From NCBI GenBank assembly GCA_963665295.1, contig OY762209.1, forward strand, positions 5,408,001 through 5,472,000: a stretch of DNA of 64,000 bases, read 5' to 3'. Source of the stretch: Syntrophorhabdaceae bacterium. GTDB taxonomy: Bacteria > Desulfobacterota > Syntrophorhabdia > Syntrophorhabdales > Syntrophorhabdaceae. This document shows, piece by piece, positions 10,345-20,685 of the stretch; the first letter of the stretch is position 1; every line of letters starts with the position of its first letter. The notes beneath the pieces were generated by a model. The model had not been told where the DNA came from. It did no database searches and saw only the letters and a program-made list of their open reading frames with translations. Position numbers and translations under genes: made by a program.

Positions 10345-12249
10345 TCAGGGTTTCTTCTTCTGATTGACGGTAAACGTGGTCCCCCCGATTTTCAGGGTGC
10401 CTGTGCGGCCGGCGTCATATTCCGGTATGGTAAGGACCACGGACCCCTTGTTGTCCACAAAAGGTGTGGCGGTAGAGGTGATCCATTCCGCTTTGTCCGT
10501 TATTTCGGGCGCATTGCAGTAACCATAGTTCTTTGCCGTCACCCGCACGGTGATCTCTGCCCCCTTGTAACCCACGGTTTTCGTGGCGGGCGAAAGGTTG
10601 TAGACGCACGAGCCTGTCTCGAAAATGGCTCCTACTTCCTGATCGTCGCGGGGTCGCATGTTCAGCGAGCACTTACCGTGGCCTGAGCACGCCCCGGTCC
10701 AACCCGTAAAGACGGAGCCCTTATCCGGAACAGGGGTGAGGTTCACCTTGGCATTCTTCTTATAGTTCGCCGAGCACGTGAGGCCGCAGTTTATGAGGCC
10801 GTCGGACGACTTGACGGTGCCCGAGCTGAGTCCGGATGTCGTCACGGTGAGGGTCGAGAGGGTGGAGGAGAGAGGGAATGAGACCGTATCGGCAATCACC
10901 GCCAGATCATAGAGTATCACATCCGTCGAGTCACCCGTTTCAACGTAACCGATGAATATCTGCTGTGCCGTGGCAGTGTTGTTCGCCGGGTCCACCGTGA
11001 CCTTGAGGTATCCGAGTTGCTTCGTCTCCCCGTACTGGTACCATTTCGCGCGGGGCTTGCCCGGATCGATGCTGTTGAACACGCCGCCGCCGGTGCCGAC
11101 GATGAAATAGGGGATGCCCTGTACAGAATACCTCTGGTAATTATGGACGTGGCCCGCAAAATTCGCGCTGATAGGGTATTTGTGATACAGGGTCTCCCAC
11201 GGCTGAAGGTGGGGGTTGGCCACTTTGCTGCCGTAACTCCATATCGGATGGTGATGGATGGTGAAGGTTCCGAGCATATTGTTATTCAGTTGTTCCTCGA
11301 GCCATGGCACCTGGCTCTTGGCAAGGGCCAGGGACGTCTGCGGGTCATCGCCGTTGCAGACGTTACGGTCGGGGGAATCGAGGGCGACGAACCTGACGCC
11401 CGCGCAGTCGAAGGAATGGTACAGGGGATCTCCCTGGGTTATGTCGAAGGTCCGGTGGTAATGGTAGGCTTCGGTAGGGGGTCCATTAGGGTGCTCGTGA
11501 TTATGGTACTCGTGGTTTCCTATGACGTTCATGAGGGGAAACTTCGCGAGCATCCCGTCCGCGTACTGGAAATAGATGGACCAGAACTGCGTGTAGTCCC
11601 AGCTTGCGTAGTCTCCGCCGTCGAGGATGAAGAGCGGCTCCGTCTCATGTTGGGCGATGAAGTCCGCCACGTACTGGAACCGGGTCTCCTGGGCATGGGA
11701 ATCGCTGATCACGAGAAAGGTGAAGGGACCGCTCTCCGGCATGGTCCGGAACTTGCGGACAGTGAACTGGTCCGGGCTGTCCGACGGAGTCACCTTGTAC
11801 ACATATGAGGTATTCGGCGCAAGGCCCGAGATCGGCACGTGTTGATAGGCCGACGGTACCGTTGAGACCGCCGTGGCCTGAAAGGTTTTGTTCTCCTCGT
11901 AATAGGCCGCCGTTGCGTAATCCACCGAACCGGTCGCATCCTCGGCCCCGTGCCAGTTGATTGTCGCTGAGGTTGTCGCAAGTTTCGTTACATAGGGTGC
12001 CCAGTAATCCACCACCTGGGCGTTCGCAATGGCCGGGACAAGCGAGAAGAAGCAGAGGAGCATAAAGGCGGCGAAATAGCCCCACCCCTGTCGCGACAAG
12101 CGTATAGACCGGAGAAGGGGGGAAGGGAGCGGGCGGCGCACGTTGCGGCCCGGCGGTGCGTTCTTGCCGGGAATTCCTGTTGAGCGCATTTCTGTGACAG
12201 ACATGACAAACCTCCTGGAGTCGTTAGTGATAAAATCAGAACATGACAA
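10345..12249 (-). CDS. Secreted purple-acid-phosphatase-like metallophosphoesterase with C-terminal beta-rich repeat domains; start uncertain
   Basis: Signal-like hydrophobic segment, FN3-like N-domain, motifs SDSH, GGD, GNHE, HHP, GHVH. Confidence 0.88.
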   Translation of the reverse strand: MSCSDFITNDSRRFVMSVTEMRSTGIPGKNAPPGRNVRRPLPSPLLRSIRLSRQGWGYFAAFMLLCFFSLVPAIANAQVVDYWAPYVTKLATTSATINWHGAEDATGSVDYATAAYYEENKTFQATAVSTVPSAYQHVPISGLAPNTSYVYKVTPSDSPDQFTVRKFRTMPESGPFTFLVISDSHAQETRFQYVADFIAQHETEPLFILDGGDYASWDYTQFWSIYFQYADGMLAKFPLMNVIGNHEYHNHEHPNGPPTEAYHYHRTFDITQGDPLYHSFDCAGVRFVALDSPDRNVCNGDDPQTSLALAKSQVPWLEEQLNNNMLGTFTIHHHPIWSYGSKVANPHLQPWETLYHKYPISANFAGHVHNYQRYSVQGIPYFIVGTGGGVFNSIDPGKPRAKWYQYGETKQLGYLKVTVDPANNTATAQQIFIGYVETGDSTDVILYDLAVIADTVSFPLSSTLSTLTVTTSGLSSGTVKSSDGLINCGLTCSANYKKNAKVNLTPVPDKGSVFTGWTGACSGHGKCSLNMRPRDDQEVGAIFETGSCVYNLSPATKTVGYKGAEITVRVTAKNYGYCNAPEITDKAEWITSTATPFVDNKGSVVLTIPEYDAGRTGTLKIGGTTFTVNQKKKP

Positions 12250-12618
12250 CTTTCGTATCTATGTATATCGCGACAAATTGAAATTACTTAATAAGAATTG
12301 TCTCATTGAAGGAGCGGAAAGAGAAACGTCGGTTACAAGCTGCTTCAAACCGGAACGCCCAAGTCGCTGATGAGTAAGCCTGTCGCTTCAATATGGGATA
12401 TGATCTCCGGATATGGTCCTATTTTCCCGGCACCCTTAGTTTGAAATAATCAAATGTGCCGCCTACCCGACCATATTACACATGCCAAACCTGCCTCACG
12501 AAGATGCCGACTATCACGACTTTTCCCCTCGCTGCACTTCGCCCCGACAACCACATCCCTGCACCCTGCCCGCCCGCTCTCGCCTGCGGCTCTTTTTATG
12601 ACTGCTGCACGAGAATAT

Positions 12619-12647
12619 TTGACTTTTTCGTTTCTTACCGTTAAGAT
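12619..12647 (+). promoter_or_regulatory. Candidate sigma70 promoter for the ftsB-LPS operon
   Basis: TTGACT-N17-TAAGAT just upstream of start codon 12654. Confidence 0.5.
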
Positions 12648-12653
12648 TAATAC

Positions 12654-12932
12654 ATGCTTGAAGATGCCATACGGAGATATGGCCTGATTATCCTTTTGTC
12701 AGCCGCGCTCTTCCAGATGGTTTTCTTAGAAGGGGGCATCCTGGGGTCTCTGAAGCTGTGGAAAGAGATCAGATCGACTAATGCGTCCATCGCGGCAGTC
12801 GAAAAGGAAAACAAACTCCTTCAAGGCGAGATCGAGAGACTTCGGAAAGACGACAAGTATCTCGAAAACATGGTAAGAGTAAAATACGGCTTTGTAAGAG
12901 AAGGCGAAAGGGTTTACAGGACTGAAAAATGA
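12654..12932 (+). CDS. ftsB: Septum formation initiator FtsB/DivIC
   Basis: TM segment, coiled coil, YLENMVRVKYGFVREGE motif. Confidence 0.8.
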   Translation: MLEDAIRRYGLIILLSAALFQMVFLEGGILGSLKLWKEIRSTNASIAAVEKENKLLQGEIERLRKDDKYLENMVRVKYGFVREGERVYRTEK

Positions 12933-13804
12933 AGTATGAAGGATCGATTTACAGGCCGCCGAGCGAGGCGGATAGTCTTATATTGCAGGTAGCCATCGGC
13001 TGCTCCCACAACAAATGCACCTTCTGCGGGTCTTTCAAGGACAAGAAGTTCCGGGTAAGGTCTTTCGAAGAGGTGAAAGAGGATGTGGAAGAGGCGAAGC
13101 AATACGCGCGATATGTAAGAAAGGTGTTCATCGCCGACGGCGATGCCCTCATCATACCGCAAAAAATGCTCGTCCCCATCGTGGAGCTTGTGCGGGACGC
13201 CTTTCCGAAGCTTGAGAGAATAGGCGTATACGGCAACACGAAGAGCATTCTGAAAAAATCCGTGGAAGAGTTGAAGGCCCTCAAAGACCTCGGCGTCGGG
13301 ATCATTTACTTGGGCGTCGAATCGGGAGACCAGGTCATCCTGGACAGGGTGTGCAAAGGCACGGTCCTCGACAAAACCGCGGAAGCGGCAAAACGAGTCA
13401 AAGACGCGGGTATTATCCTCTCCGTGACCGTGCTCCTCGGACTGGGCGGCGTGGAGAGAAGCGCCATCCATGCGGCCGAAACGGGCAAGTTCCTGAGCAG
13501 GATCGATCCCGACTATGCGGGGGCGTTAAGCGTGATCCTGGTCCCCGGCACTCCCCTTGCGGAAGATGCAAAGAAAGGTGTCTTCAAGGTTCCCGATCCC
13601 TACCAGCTCCTTGAGGAACTCTATATAATGATCGAAAATACCAATGTGACCCACATGTTCTTCGCCTCGAACCACGCGTCGAACTACCTTCCTGTGAAGG
13701 CGTGGCTCCCTGAAGAGAAGGAAAGAGTGCTGAAGGCCATCAAGGGTGTCCTCGACAAGAAAGACCCGTCCGTCTTAAGACCGGAGTACCTGAGGGCCCT
13801 CTGA
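12929..13804 (+). CDS. Radical SAM protein
   Basis: YRPPSEA N-terminus, CSHNKCTFC motif, NHASNY. Confidence 0.9.
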   Translation: MKYEGSIYRPPSEADSLILQVAIGCSHNKCTFCGSFKDKKFRVRSFEEVKEDVEEAKQYARYVRKVFIADGDALIIPQKMLVPIVELVRDAFPKLERIGVYGNTKSILKKSVEELKALKDLGVGIIYLGVESGDQVILDRVCKGTVLDKTAEAAKRVKDAGIILSVTVLLGLGGVERSAIHAAETGKFLSRIDPDYAGALSVILVPGTPLAEDAKKGVFKVPDPYQLLEELYIMIENTNVTHMFFASNHASNYLPVKAWLPEEKERVLKAIKGVLDKKDPSVLRPEYLRAL

Positions 13805-13805
13805 G

Positions 13806-14246
13806 ATGAACATGCCTGCGAGATCTTCGGCAACCAGCGAGGTGGCTTTCGTCGACGTACCGATACGGGTACGGTATGCGGATACGGACAAGATGGGGGT
13901 GGTCTATTACGGCAATTACCCCATATTCTTCGAGGTCGCCCGAAGCGAGTACATGAGGGAGAAGGGATTCCCCTACCGGAAATTCGAAGACATGGGATAT
14001 TACCTCATGGTCGTGAACCTCGATGCGAAATATTACCGCAATGCAAACTACGATGACCTCATCGTTGTCAAGACAAGTATGCCCGAGTTGAGGTCGCGGA
14101 GTCTGACCTTCCATTACGCAGCTTACAAAGACGGGGTGCTCCTCGTCGAAGGGAGCACAAAGCATATCTGCGTGAACGAAGACAGGAAGGCCGTGGCGAT
14201 CCCTTCCCACCTCTATGATATCCTGAAAGATGCCCGGGCCACGTAG
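13806..14246 (+). CDS. YbgC/FadM-family acyl-CoA thioesterase
   Basis: RVRYADTDKMGVVYYGNY motif. Confidence 0.9.
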   Translation: MNMPARSSATSEVAFVDVPIRVRYADTDKMGVVYYGNYPIFFEVARSEYMREKGFPYRKFEDMGYYLMVVNLDAKYYRNANYDDLIVVKTSMPELRSRSLTFHYAAYKDGVLLVEGSTKHICVNEDRKAVAIPSHLYDILKDARAT

Positions 14247-15297
14247 CGTTCTGGTCATAAGGCTAAGCTCCCTCGGCGATGTGCTCATGAGTATGCCTGC
14301 GGTAAAAGCCCTGAAAGACAAATTTCCCGACACCCGTATTTCGTGGCTCGTCGAAGGCTCGGTCGGCGAATTGCTCACCCACCAGCCCTTTATCGACAAG
14401 GTGATACGTTTCCCGAGAAGCGCGGCCACAGGGGCCCTGAAAAGGGGAAGACTTCTTCGTGCAAAAAGGGAGATGGGACGCTTTCTCAGGGGCCTGAGGG
14501 AAGACAGGTACGACACTATCATCGATTTTCACGGCATAATGAAGAGCACCTTCTTTTCTCTCTATGCAAAGGGGCGGAAGAGGATCGGCTTCGGGAAAAT
14601 GTACGCCAAGGAGAAGAGCCACCTTTTCTACCACGAGAAAGTGGAAGGCGTTGACAGGCGGCTCCACAAGGTAGAGCGGAATATGCTCCTCCCCCGTCAT
14701 ATCGGAACGAACGGGGTGATCCCCGAGATCGTGCTCGTGGCGCCCGGGGAAGCCGGTGCGTATATAGACCGCTTTTTCGAAAAAGAAGGGATATCGTCGC
14801 CCGTGTTCGCGGTCAATCCCTTTTCAAGCAAAGGGAGCGCCTTCAAGCGATGGGATTTGGACCGGTACGGGCAGCTTATCGGGCGGATAAGGGAAAAAGG
14901 GAACGCCCGGGTCATCATCCTCTGGGGGCCGGGAGAAAAAGAGGAGGCCGAGGCCTTGCGGAAGACAACAGGTGAAGGGGTTTATCTCGCCTGCCCCACC
15001 GATGTGCCCCAGCTTCTGGCACTGCTGAAGAAGGTGGACATGTACATAGGGGGTGACACGGGGGTCATGCACCTCGCCGCCTTCGCGGGCACGCCGGTGG
15101 TCGCCGTCTTCGGCCCTACGGATGTGCTCATCAACGGACCCTACGGCGCGCGTTGCACGGTGGTCCGGAAGGACCTTCCCTGCAGCCCGTGCAAAAACAA
15201 GAAATGTGAAAAAAGGATCTGTCTTAAGGAGATATCGGTGAACGAAGTCTACGAAGCGGTGGTTGACATGAACGAAAGAACGGGAAGAGGCTGCTAA
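14230..15297 (+). CDS. GT9 LPS heptosyltransferase (WaaC-like)
   Basis: IRLSSLGDV, GDTGVMHLAA, FGPT motifs. Confidence 0.9.
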   Translation: MPGPRSVLVIRLSSLGDVLMSMPAVKALKDKFPDTRISWLVEGSVGELLTHQPFIDKVIRFPRSAATGALKRGRLLRAKREMGRFLRGLREDRYDTIIDFHGIMKSTFFSLYAKGRKRIGFGKMYAKEKSHLFYHEKVEGVDRRLHKVERNMLLPRHIGTNGVIPEIVLVAPGEAGAYIDRFFEKEGISSPVFAVNPFSSKGSAFKRWDLDRYGQLIGRIREKGNARVIILWGPGEKEEAEALRKTTGEGVYLACPTDVPQLLALLKKVDMYIGGDTGVMHLAAFAGTPVVAVFGPTDVLINGPYGARCTVVRKDLPCSPCKNKKCEKRICLKEISVNEVYEAVVDMNERTGRGC

Positions 15298-16799
15298 TGC
15301 GCGTACTTTTTATCTATCCGAACCTGAATGCCCAGATAGGATTCAATTACGGGATCGCGTACATCTCGGGCGTTTTGAAGGCCCACGGCCACGAAACCTT
15401 CCTCCTCAATATAAACGATCAGACCGGCTACCCCCTTGACCTCGAAAGGATCAAGGGCGACATACTGGCCATAAAACCCGATATGATCGGCTTCTCCGTA
15501 CTCACGACCCAAAACAAGTATGCCCTTGAGATTGCGCGGAGCATCAAGACCTACTACGACGTCCCCATCATCTTCGGGGGCATCCACCCCACCATGGACC
15601 CCATGGGGACCATGGCCGAGGAAGCGGTCGATTATATCTGCGTGGGAGAAGGGGAGGACGCCTTTCTCGAAGTGGTGGAAAAGGGCAGCCCCGAAGGCAT
15701 AAGGAACATGGGATACAGGAAGGATGGCCGCGTAATAATGGAACCCCTCCGCCCGTTCAAGGATATTGCCGGTATGCCTTTCAAGGATTACGAAATCTTT
15801 GACTTTCAGCGGATGATCGACGCAAAGGACGGATGGGTGGGCCTCACCGCATCCAGGGGATGCCCCTTCAGGTGCACCTACTGCCTCAACCATAAGATCA
15901 TGGCCCTCTACAAGAAGGACGGTCACCTGCCGAAAACCTACCTGAGACGCCATACCGTTGACGAGGTGATCGGAGAGATTGAATATCTCCTTGCCCATTA
16001 CACGGGGATAAAGATGTTTATCTTCGACGACGATATCTTCACCTTCGACAAGGAGTGGCTCCATGAGTTTTCCAGGCGGTACAGGGCGATCACCGATATA
16101 GGGTTCGTCTGCAATGCCCACGCCCGCGTATTCGACAGGGAGATGGCGAAGGATCTCAAGGACGGCGGGTGCAGGATCGTAAAGTTCGGCCTCGAAAGCG
16201 GCAGCAACCGGATACGGCGGGATGTACTCAACCGTTACATGACCAACGACCATATCGCCGACGCCTTCAAGATCGCTCACGAGTTCGGCCTTCACACCTC
16301 CGCCTTCGTTATGGTAGGATTACCCCATGAAAAGGAAGAAGATATGCTGGAGACGGTGAATCTTCTCGCCCGGATACAGCCGGGACGGTTCCGCTGGACC
16401 CTTTTCTTCCCCTTCGTGGGCACCAAGGCCTATGATATCGCCGGCAAAGCCGGCATGATAGACTTCAAGAGAATCGAAGCCCTCGACAACTTCACCGACG
16501 AGACATGTATGATACTCGGAGACCGGGCGGACCTTGCCGCGGATAAGCTGAAAACACTCTTCTGTCTCTTTGTGAACGGCTATGCCGATATGGACGGAGA
16601 AGGGAAGTACCTGGGCCTTGCGAAAAGGGTGCTCGCTATGAGCAAGGATGAGTGGCGGAAAGACAAACCGAAGGTCATGGCCTCCCTCAAGGCCCTCGAT
16701 TCGGAGATGGAAAAGGCAGGAAGACCGTTTTACGGCGTAAAATACAATGCATTTATGGGTGTAAGAAGTGACTGGACGGACGATAGTTTATCTGCCTAA
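15297..16799 (+). CDS. Cobalamin-binding (class B) radical SAM protein
   Basis: B12-binding N-domain (GGIHPT, VGEGE), SRGCPFRCTYC, GLESGS. Confidence 0.9.
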   Translation: MRVLFIYPNLNAQIGFNYGIAYISGVLKAHGHETFLLNINDQTGYPLDLERIKGDILAIKPDMIGFSVLTTQNKYALEIARSIKTYYDVPIIFGGIHPTMDPMGTMAEEAVDYICVGEGEDAFLEVVEKGSPEGIRNMGYRKDGRVIMEPLRPFKDIAGMPFKDYEIFDFQRMIDAKDGWVGLTASRGCPFRCTYCLNHKIMALYKKDGHLPKTYLRRHTVDEVIGEIEYLLAHYTGIKMFIFDDDIFTFDKEWLHEFSRRYRAITDIGFVCNAHARVFDREMAKDLKDGGCRIVKFGLESGSNRIRRDVLNRYMTNDHIADAFKIAHEFGLHTSAFVMVGLPHEKEEDMLETVNLLARIQPGRFRWTLFFPFVGTKAYDIAGKAGMIDFKRIEALDNFTDETCMILGDRADLAADKLKTLFCLFVNGYADMDGEGKYLGLAKRVLAMSKDEWRKDKPKVMASLKALDSEMEKAGRPFYGVKYNAFMGVRSDWTDDSLSA

Positions 16800-17763
16800 C
16801 TGGATAGGCGACATGGTGATGGCGGTGCCTTTCCTCCGCTCCCTGAGGGCGTCCCTCAAAGGCGAGATATGGGGCATCGGCAAGGCCGGGGCCATGCATA
16901 TCTATAACGGCCTCGATCTCTTTGACCGGTTCACACCGTTTGACCGCAAAGGATTTCTTCCCTTTCTCGACACGGTGAATTCCCTGAGGGACACCCACTT
17001 CAACCTTGGCGTGGCGCTGCCCCACTCGTTTCGCGCCGCTCTGCTCCTATACAGCGCCCACGTGGAGGAGCGGATAGGCTATATGCGGAACAAACGGGGT
17101 TTCATGCTCACCCACGGTGTTCCGGAAGGACCCGCGCCCGAGCCGACGGTGGAGCATTACCTCAGGATAATAGATACCCTCGGAGGCTCACGGGTCCTCG
17201 ACGCGCCCGTTCTTGCAGTAACGCCCGACGAAGAAGACAGGTTCGACCGCAAGCACATAGATATCAGCGGGCCATACGCGGCTTTCATCGCGGGGGCACA
17301 GTACGGGCCTTCAAAACGCTGGCCCGACGAGCATTTCTCCCGCCTGGCGGATATGATCGTGAAAAACCTCGACCTGAATGTCTACATCCTGCCGGGAAAG
17401 GGCGAGGAGAAGCTCGCCAGGGTCATCCGGGAAGGGGCAAAGCAGAAGGACCGGATACAGGTGAAATCCCTCGACCTCAGGGACCTCAAGGTATGTCTGT
17501 CCCGGGCGTCGGTTGTGGTGAGCAACGACACGGGACCGAGGCATATCTCCTCCGCCCTCGACATACCCACGGTCGTGCTCCTGGGCCCCATGGACGAACG
17601 ATACACCAGGTATCCGAGTCCGCGCACGTGCCAGGCCATAAAAGACATTTCCTGCAGGCCGTGCAACAAGAAGAAATGCGACAGAGACCACGAATGTCTG
17701 AAGGGCATAACCCCGTCGGACGTCTTCGTGAAAGTGGAGAATATCCTCAATGACCGCAACTGA
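16768..17763 (+). CDS. waaF: LPS heptosyltransferase II (GT9)
   Basis: PNWIGDMVMA, GAQYGPSKRWP, SNDTGPRH. Confidence 0.85.
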   Translation: MTGRTIVYLPNWIGDMVMAVPFLRSLRASLKGEIWGIGKAGAMHIYNGLDLFDRFTPFDRKGFLPFLDTVNSLRDTHFNLGVALPHSFRAALLLYSAHVEERIGYMRNKRGFMLTHGVPEGPAPEPTVEHYLRIIDTLGGSRVLDAPVLAVTPDEEDRFDRKHIDISGPYAAFIAGAQYGPSKRWPDEHFSRLADMIVKNLDLNVYILPGKGEEKLARVIREGAKQKDRIQVKSLDLRDLKVCLSRASVVVSNDTGPRHISSALDIPTVVLLGPMDERYTRYPSPRTCQAIKDISCRPCNKKKCDRDHECLKGITPSDVFVKVENILNDRN

Positions 17764-18745
17764 AGGACCGGATAAGACCGCATACCGGCTGCTCGACGGG
17801 TTCGCGGGGAAAAAGATCTGCGTGGTAGGCGATATTATTGCCGACATATATATCTTCGGCAAGCCCTACAGGCTTTCGCGGGAAGCGCCCGTGGTGGTGG
17901 TGAAACACGAGGAAGAGCGTATATACCCGGGGTCCGCGGGAAACACGATAAACAACCTCCTGGCCCTCGGCGCCCACGTGTTCCCCGTAGGGTTCATAGG
18001 CAACGATAACGCAGGCGACAGGCTTATGCAGTGTTTTTCCACATGCGGAAACCTGGATACGGAAGGGTTCATCCGCCACAATGGAGAAACGGTGACAAAG
18101 ACGCGGATACTCGCGGGAGACACCAATACGTCCAAACAACAGGTCATAAGGATCGACAAGGATTCCAACAGGCCGGTGACAAGAAAGGAACGGGCCCTCC
18201 TCATGGAAAGACTCGAGGACCTGGCGCCCAGAGTAGATGCGTTTATCGTGTCCGATTACGGCCATGGAGTGATTGACCGGAAGGTGGTCCGCTTCATGAG
18301 CGAGGTGGCCGGACGGAAGGTGGTGGTGGTAGGCGATTCAAGGTACAACCTGAAGAGCTTTAAGGGGTTCACCCTTATCACCCCCAACGAGTCGGAAGCC
18401 ATGAGCCTTGCCTCCCTTAACGACGGACACGACATCGAGGCAATAGGCGCGAAGATAATGGACCAGATGGCCGTGACCGCCCTCCTTATCACGAGGGGCA
18501 ACAGGGGCATGAGCCTTTTCCTGAGAGACGGCCGCATACACCACATACCCATTTCCGGATCGGATGACGTGACGGATGTGACCGGTGCGGGAGATACGGT
18601 ATGCGCTACCGTAACCCTCTGCCTTGCGAGCGGCGGTGATTTTTACGACGCGTCGCGGATCGCCAATTTCGCCGCGGGCATAGTAGTGATGAAACGGGGG
18701 ACGGCGACGGTAACCGTCGAGGAACTGAGAAAGGTGATCAGATAA
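17750..18745 (+). CDS. Heptose-7-phosphate kinase (RfaE domain I, PfkB family)
   Basis: RLSREAPV, SDYGHG, TPNESE, DVTGAGDTV. Confidence 0.92.
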   Translation: MTATEGPDKTAYRLLDGFAGKKICVVGDIIADIYIFGKPYRLSREAPVVVVKHEEERIYPGSAGNTINNLLALGAHVFPVGFIGNDNAGDRLMQCFSTCGNLDTEGFIRHNGETVTKTRILAGDTNTSKQQVIRIDKDSNRPVTRKERALLMERLEDLAPRVDAFIVSDYGHGVIDRKVVRFMSEVAGRKVVVVGDSRYNLKSFKGFTLITPNESEAMSLASLNDGHDIEAIGAKIMDQMAVTALLITRGNRGMSLFLRDGRIHHIPISGSDDVTDVTGAGDTVCATVTLCLASGGDFYDASRIANFAAGIVVMKRGTATVTVEELRKVIR

Positions 18746-19227
18746 TGGGAACAATCGTCGCGGACATAGAGAAGCTTAAGGAAATCATCGAGAAGAAGCG
18801 GAAGGAAGGAAAACGGATCGTCTTTGGAAACGGCTGTTTCGATATCCTCCACGTAGGACATGTACGATACCTCCAGGGGGCAAAGGCCCTGGGTGATCTC
18901 CTCGTGGTTGGAGTAAACGATGATTCCTCCGTGACCGGTCTCGGCAAAAGGAAGAAGGTGGTGACACCCGCCGCCGAAAGGGCGGAAATCATCTCCGCCA
19001 TCGATTGCGTCGATTATGTAACGGTTTTCGCCGATCCTACCGTAGAAAGGCTCCTCCTCACCCTGAAGCCCGACATACATGCCAAGGGCACGGATTACAC
19101 CGTGGATAACGTGCCGGAAAAGGACATTGTCCTCTCTTACGGGGGAAGAGTGGCCATAGTGGGCGACCCCAAGGACCACTCCACACGGGACATCATAAAA
19201 GTAATCAAAGGCATCGACACAAAATAG
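18745..19227 (+). CDS. Heptose-1-phosphate adenylyltransferase (RfaE domain II)
   Basis: NGCFDILHVGHVRYL, KGTDY, HSTRDII. Confidence 0.93.
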   Translation: MGTIVADIEKLKEIIEKKRKEGKRIVFGNGCFDILHVGHVRYLQGAKALGDLLVVGVNDDSSVTGLGKRKKVVTPAAERAEIISAIDCVDYVTVFADPTVERLLLTLKPDIHAKGTDYTVDNVPEKDIVLSYGGRVAIVGDPKDHSTRDIIKVIKGIDTK

Positions 19228-19233
19228 CCCGTA

Positions 19234-20313
19234 TCAGAAGGCGAATCCGTCTTCCCTGAACAACGAAAGGCACGCATCCACCGCTTGGGGATCGTAGAGG
19301 ACGCCTTTGTTCTCCTCAATCTCCTGGAGAGCAACATCTATGCCGAAAGCGGGACGGTAGGGGCGGTGCGACGCAATGGCCTCCACCACATCGGCCACGG
19401 CGATGACCTTTGCCTCGAGGAGGATGTCATCTTCCCGGAGCCCCATGGGGTAACCTGTGCCGTCCAGCCGCTCGTGATGCTGGAGGACTGCTTCCGCGAT
19501 GGGATAAGGCAGTTCCGCCTTGTTCAATATGTCATATCCCGACTGGGGGTGGACCTCGATGAGGGCCATCTCGATATCCATGAGGGCTGAAGGCTTCGTC
19601 AATATCTCAGTAGGCACGGACATCTTCCCGATATCATGGATCGTGCCCGCCATGCGGATATTTTCAACAGTATCCTTCGGTAACTTCATTTTCTGACCTA
19701 TGGACCGCGCAAGGCTCGATACCCTCTTCTGATGGCCCGCCGTGTAGGCGTCCCTCGTTCCCATGGTGAGGGCTATGAGGTTGATGGTGTTGATGAAGCT
19801 CCTTCTCAGCTTCTTCACGGTGGCCCTGAGTTCTTTTTCGTTCCGGGTGCTCTTGGTGATATCCCTCGCAATGGCGCAAATGCCCACCACGGCCCTTGCC
19901 GTATTCAGGATGGGGGAAACCGAGAGGGACAGGCGGACGAGGACGCCGTCCTTTCTTTTCCCCGTGGTGACGAAGTGTTCGCGGTGGTGGCCCGCTACTA
20001 TCTCCTTGACGACCTTGAGGGCCTCGGCCCTGTTGCCGGCAGGCAAAAGGGTGGATATGTTGCCCCCCGCCATCTCGTCGGAGGTATACCCGTAGATTCT
20101 TTCCGCTCCCTTGTTCCAGCTTATGACAGTCCCGTTTGTGGTGGTGCTGAAGATCGCGTCATCGGAGAATTTGATGATGTTGGTCAACAGGGAATCCCGC
20201 TGAAGGAGGCTCTGTTTTTGGAGGAGCTGTTCCTCCAACCGGACAATCCTCTCCTGTTGGCGTTTGATTGCCTGGAGTAACTCCCCTTTCGTCGCCTTAG
20301 AATTATACTCCAC
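19234..20313 (-). CDS. PAS-HD-GYP cyclic dinucleotide phosphodiesterase
   Basis: PAS (SWNKGAERIYGY), HDIGK, HHERLDGTGYP. Confidence 0.92.
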   Translation of the reverse strand: MEYNSKATKGELLQAIKRQQERIVRLEEQLLQKQSLLQRDSLLTNIIKFSDDAIFSTTTNGTVISWNKGAERIYGYTSDEMAGGNISTLLPAGNRAEALKVVKEIVAGHHREHFVTTGKRKDGVLVRLSLSVSPILNTARAVVGICAIARDITKSTRNEKELRATVKKLRRSFINTINLIALTMGTRDAYTAGHQKRVSSLARSIGQKMKLPKDTVENIRMAGTIHDIGKMSVPTEILTKPSALMDIEMALIEVHPQSGYDILNKAELPYPIAEAVLQHHERLDGTGYPMGLREDDILLEAKVIAVADVVEAIASHRPYRPAFGIDVALQEIEENKGVLYDPQAVDACLSLFREDGFAF

Positions 20314-20347
20314 TCAATCAACCTGGTTTTTTTGTGCAACTATTCTC

Positions 20348-20375
20348 AATTATAGCCCCGGTCCCATGAATTGCA
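20348..20375 (-). promoter_or_regulatory. Candidate sigma70 promoter for the HD-GYP gene
   Basis: Minus strand reads TTGCAA-N16-TATAAT. Confidence 0.55.
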
Positions 20376-20484
20376 ACAAGGAATCACCCCTCATGCCCTT
20401 TTTTTCACTTTTTGCACTGTCCCTTTTTCCTTACTCATTCACTTGAACGGACTCCGGCAGGAAACGCCGGGCGGAATAACTGGA

Positions 20485-20685
20485 AGATAAGGAAGTTGCA
20501 TAGGGGTTGGGGGTTAAAGATTTGCGCGGGATGAGGTGGGATTAAGCGGGATATTCCGGGATGTTACGATATAAACGGGGATGATAGAAATGCAATTATA
20601 CAGCGAGGTTGAGTTTTAGATTTTGGCGCAAGAAATTGCATTTGAGTGATAGAAAGACGAACAGCAAAATCACCATGGAATTGCA
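20485..20685 (+). repeat. Putative left-end transposase-binding sites
   Basis: AGATAAGGAAGTTGCA (20485), TGATAGAAATGCAA (20582), TTGCATTTGAGTGATAG (20636); inverted counterparts at 58398-58465. Confidence 0.65.

Noticed and set aside
12305..12400. Possible c-di-GMP riboswitch upstream of the phosphoesterase
   Set aside because: Only scattered resemblance; conserved core and stems could not be built by eye.
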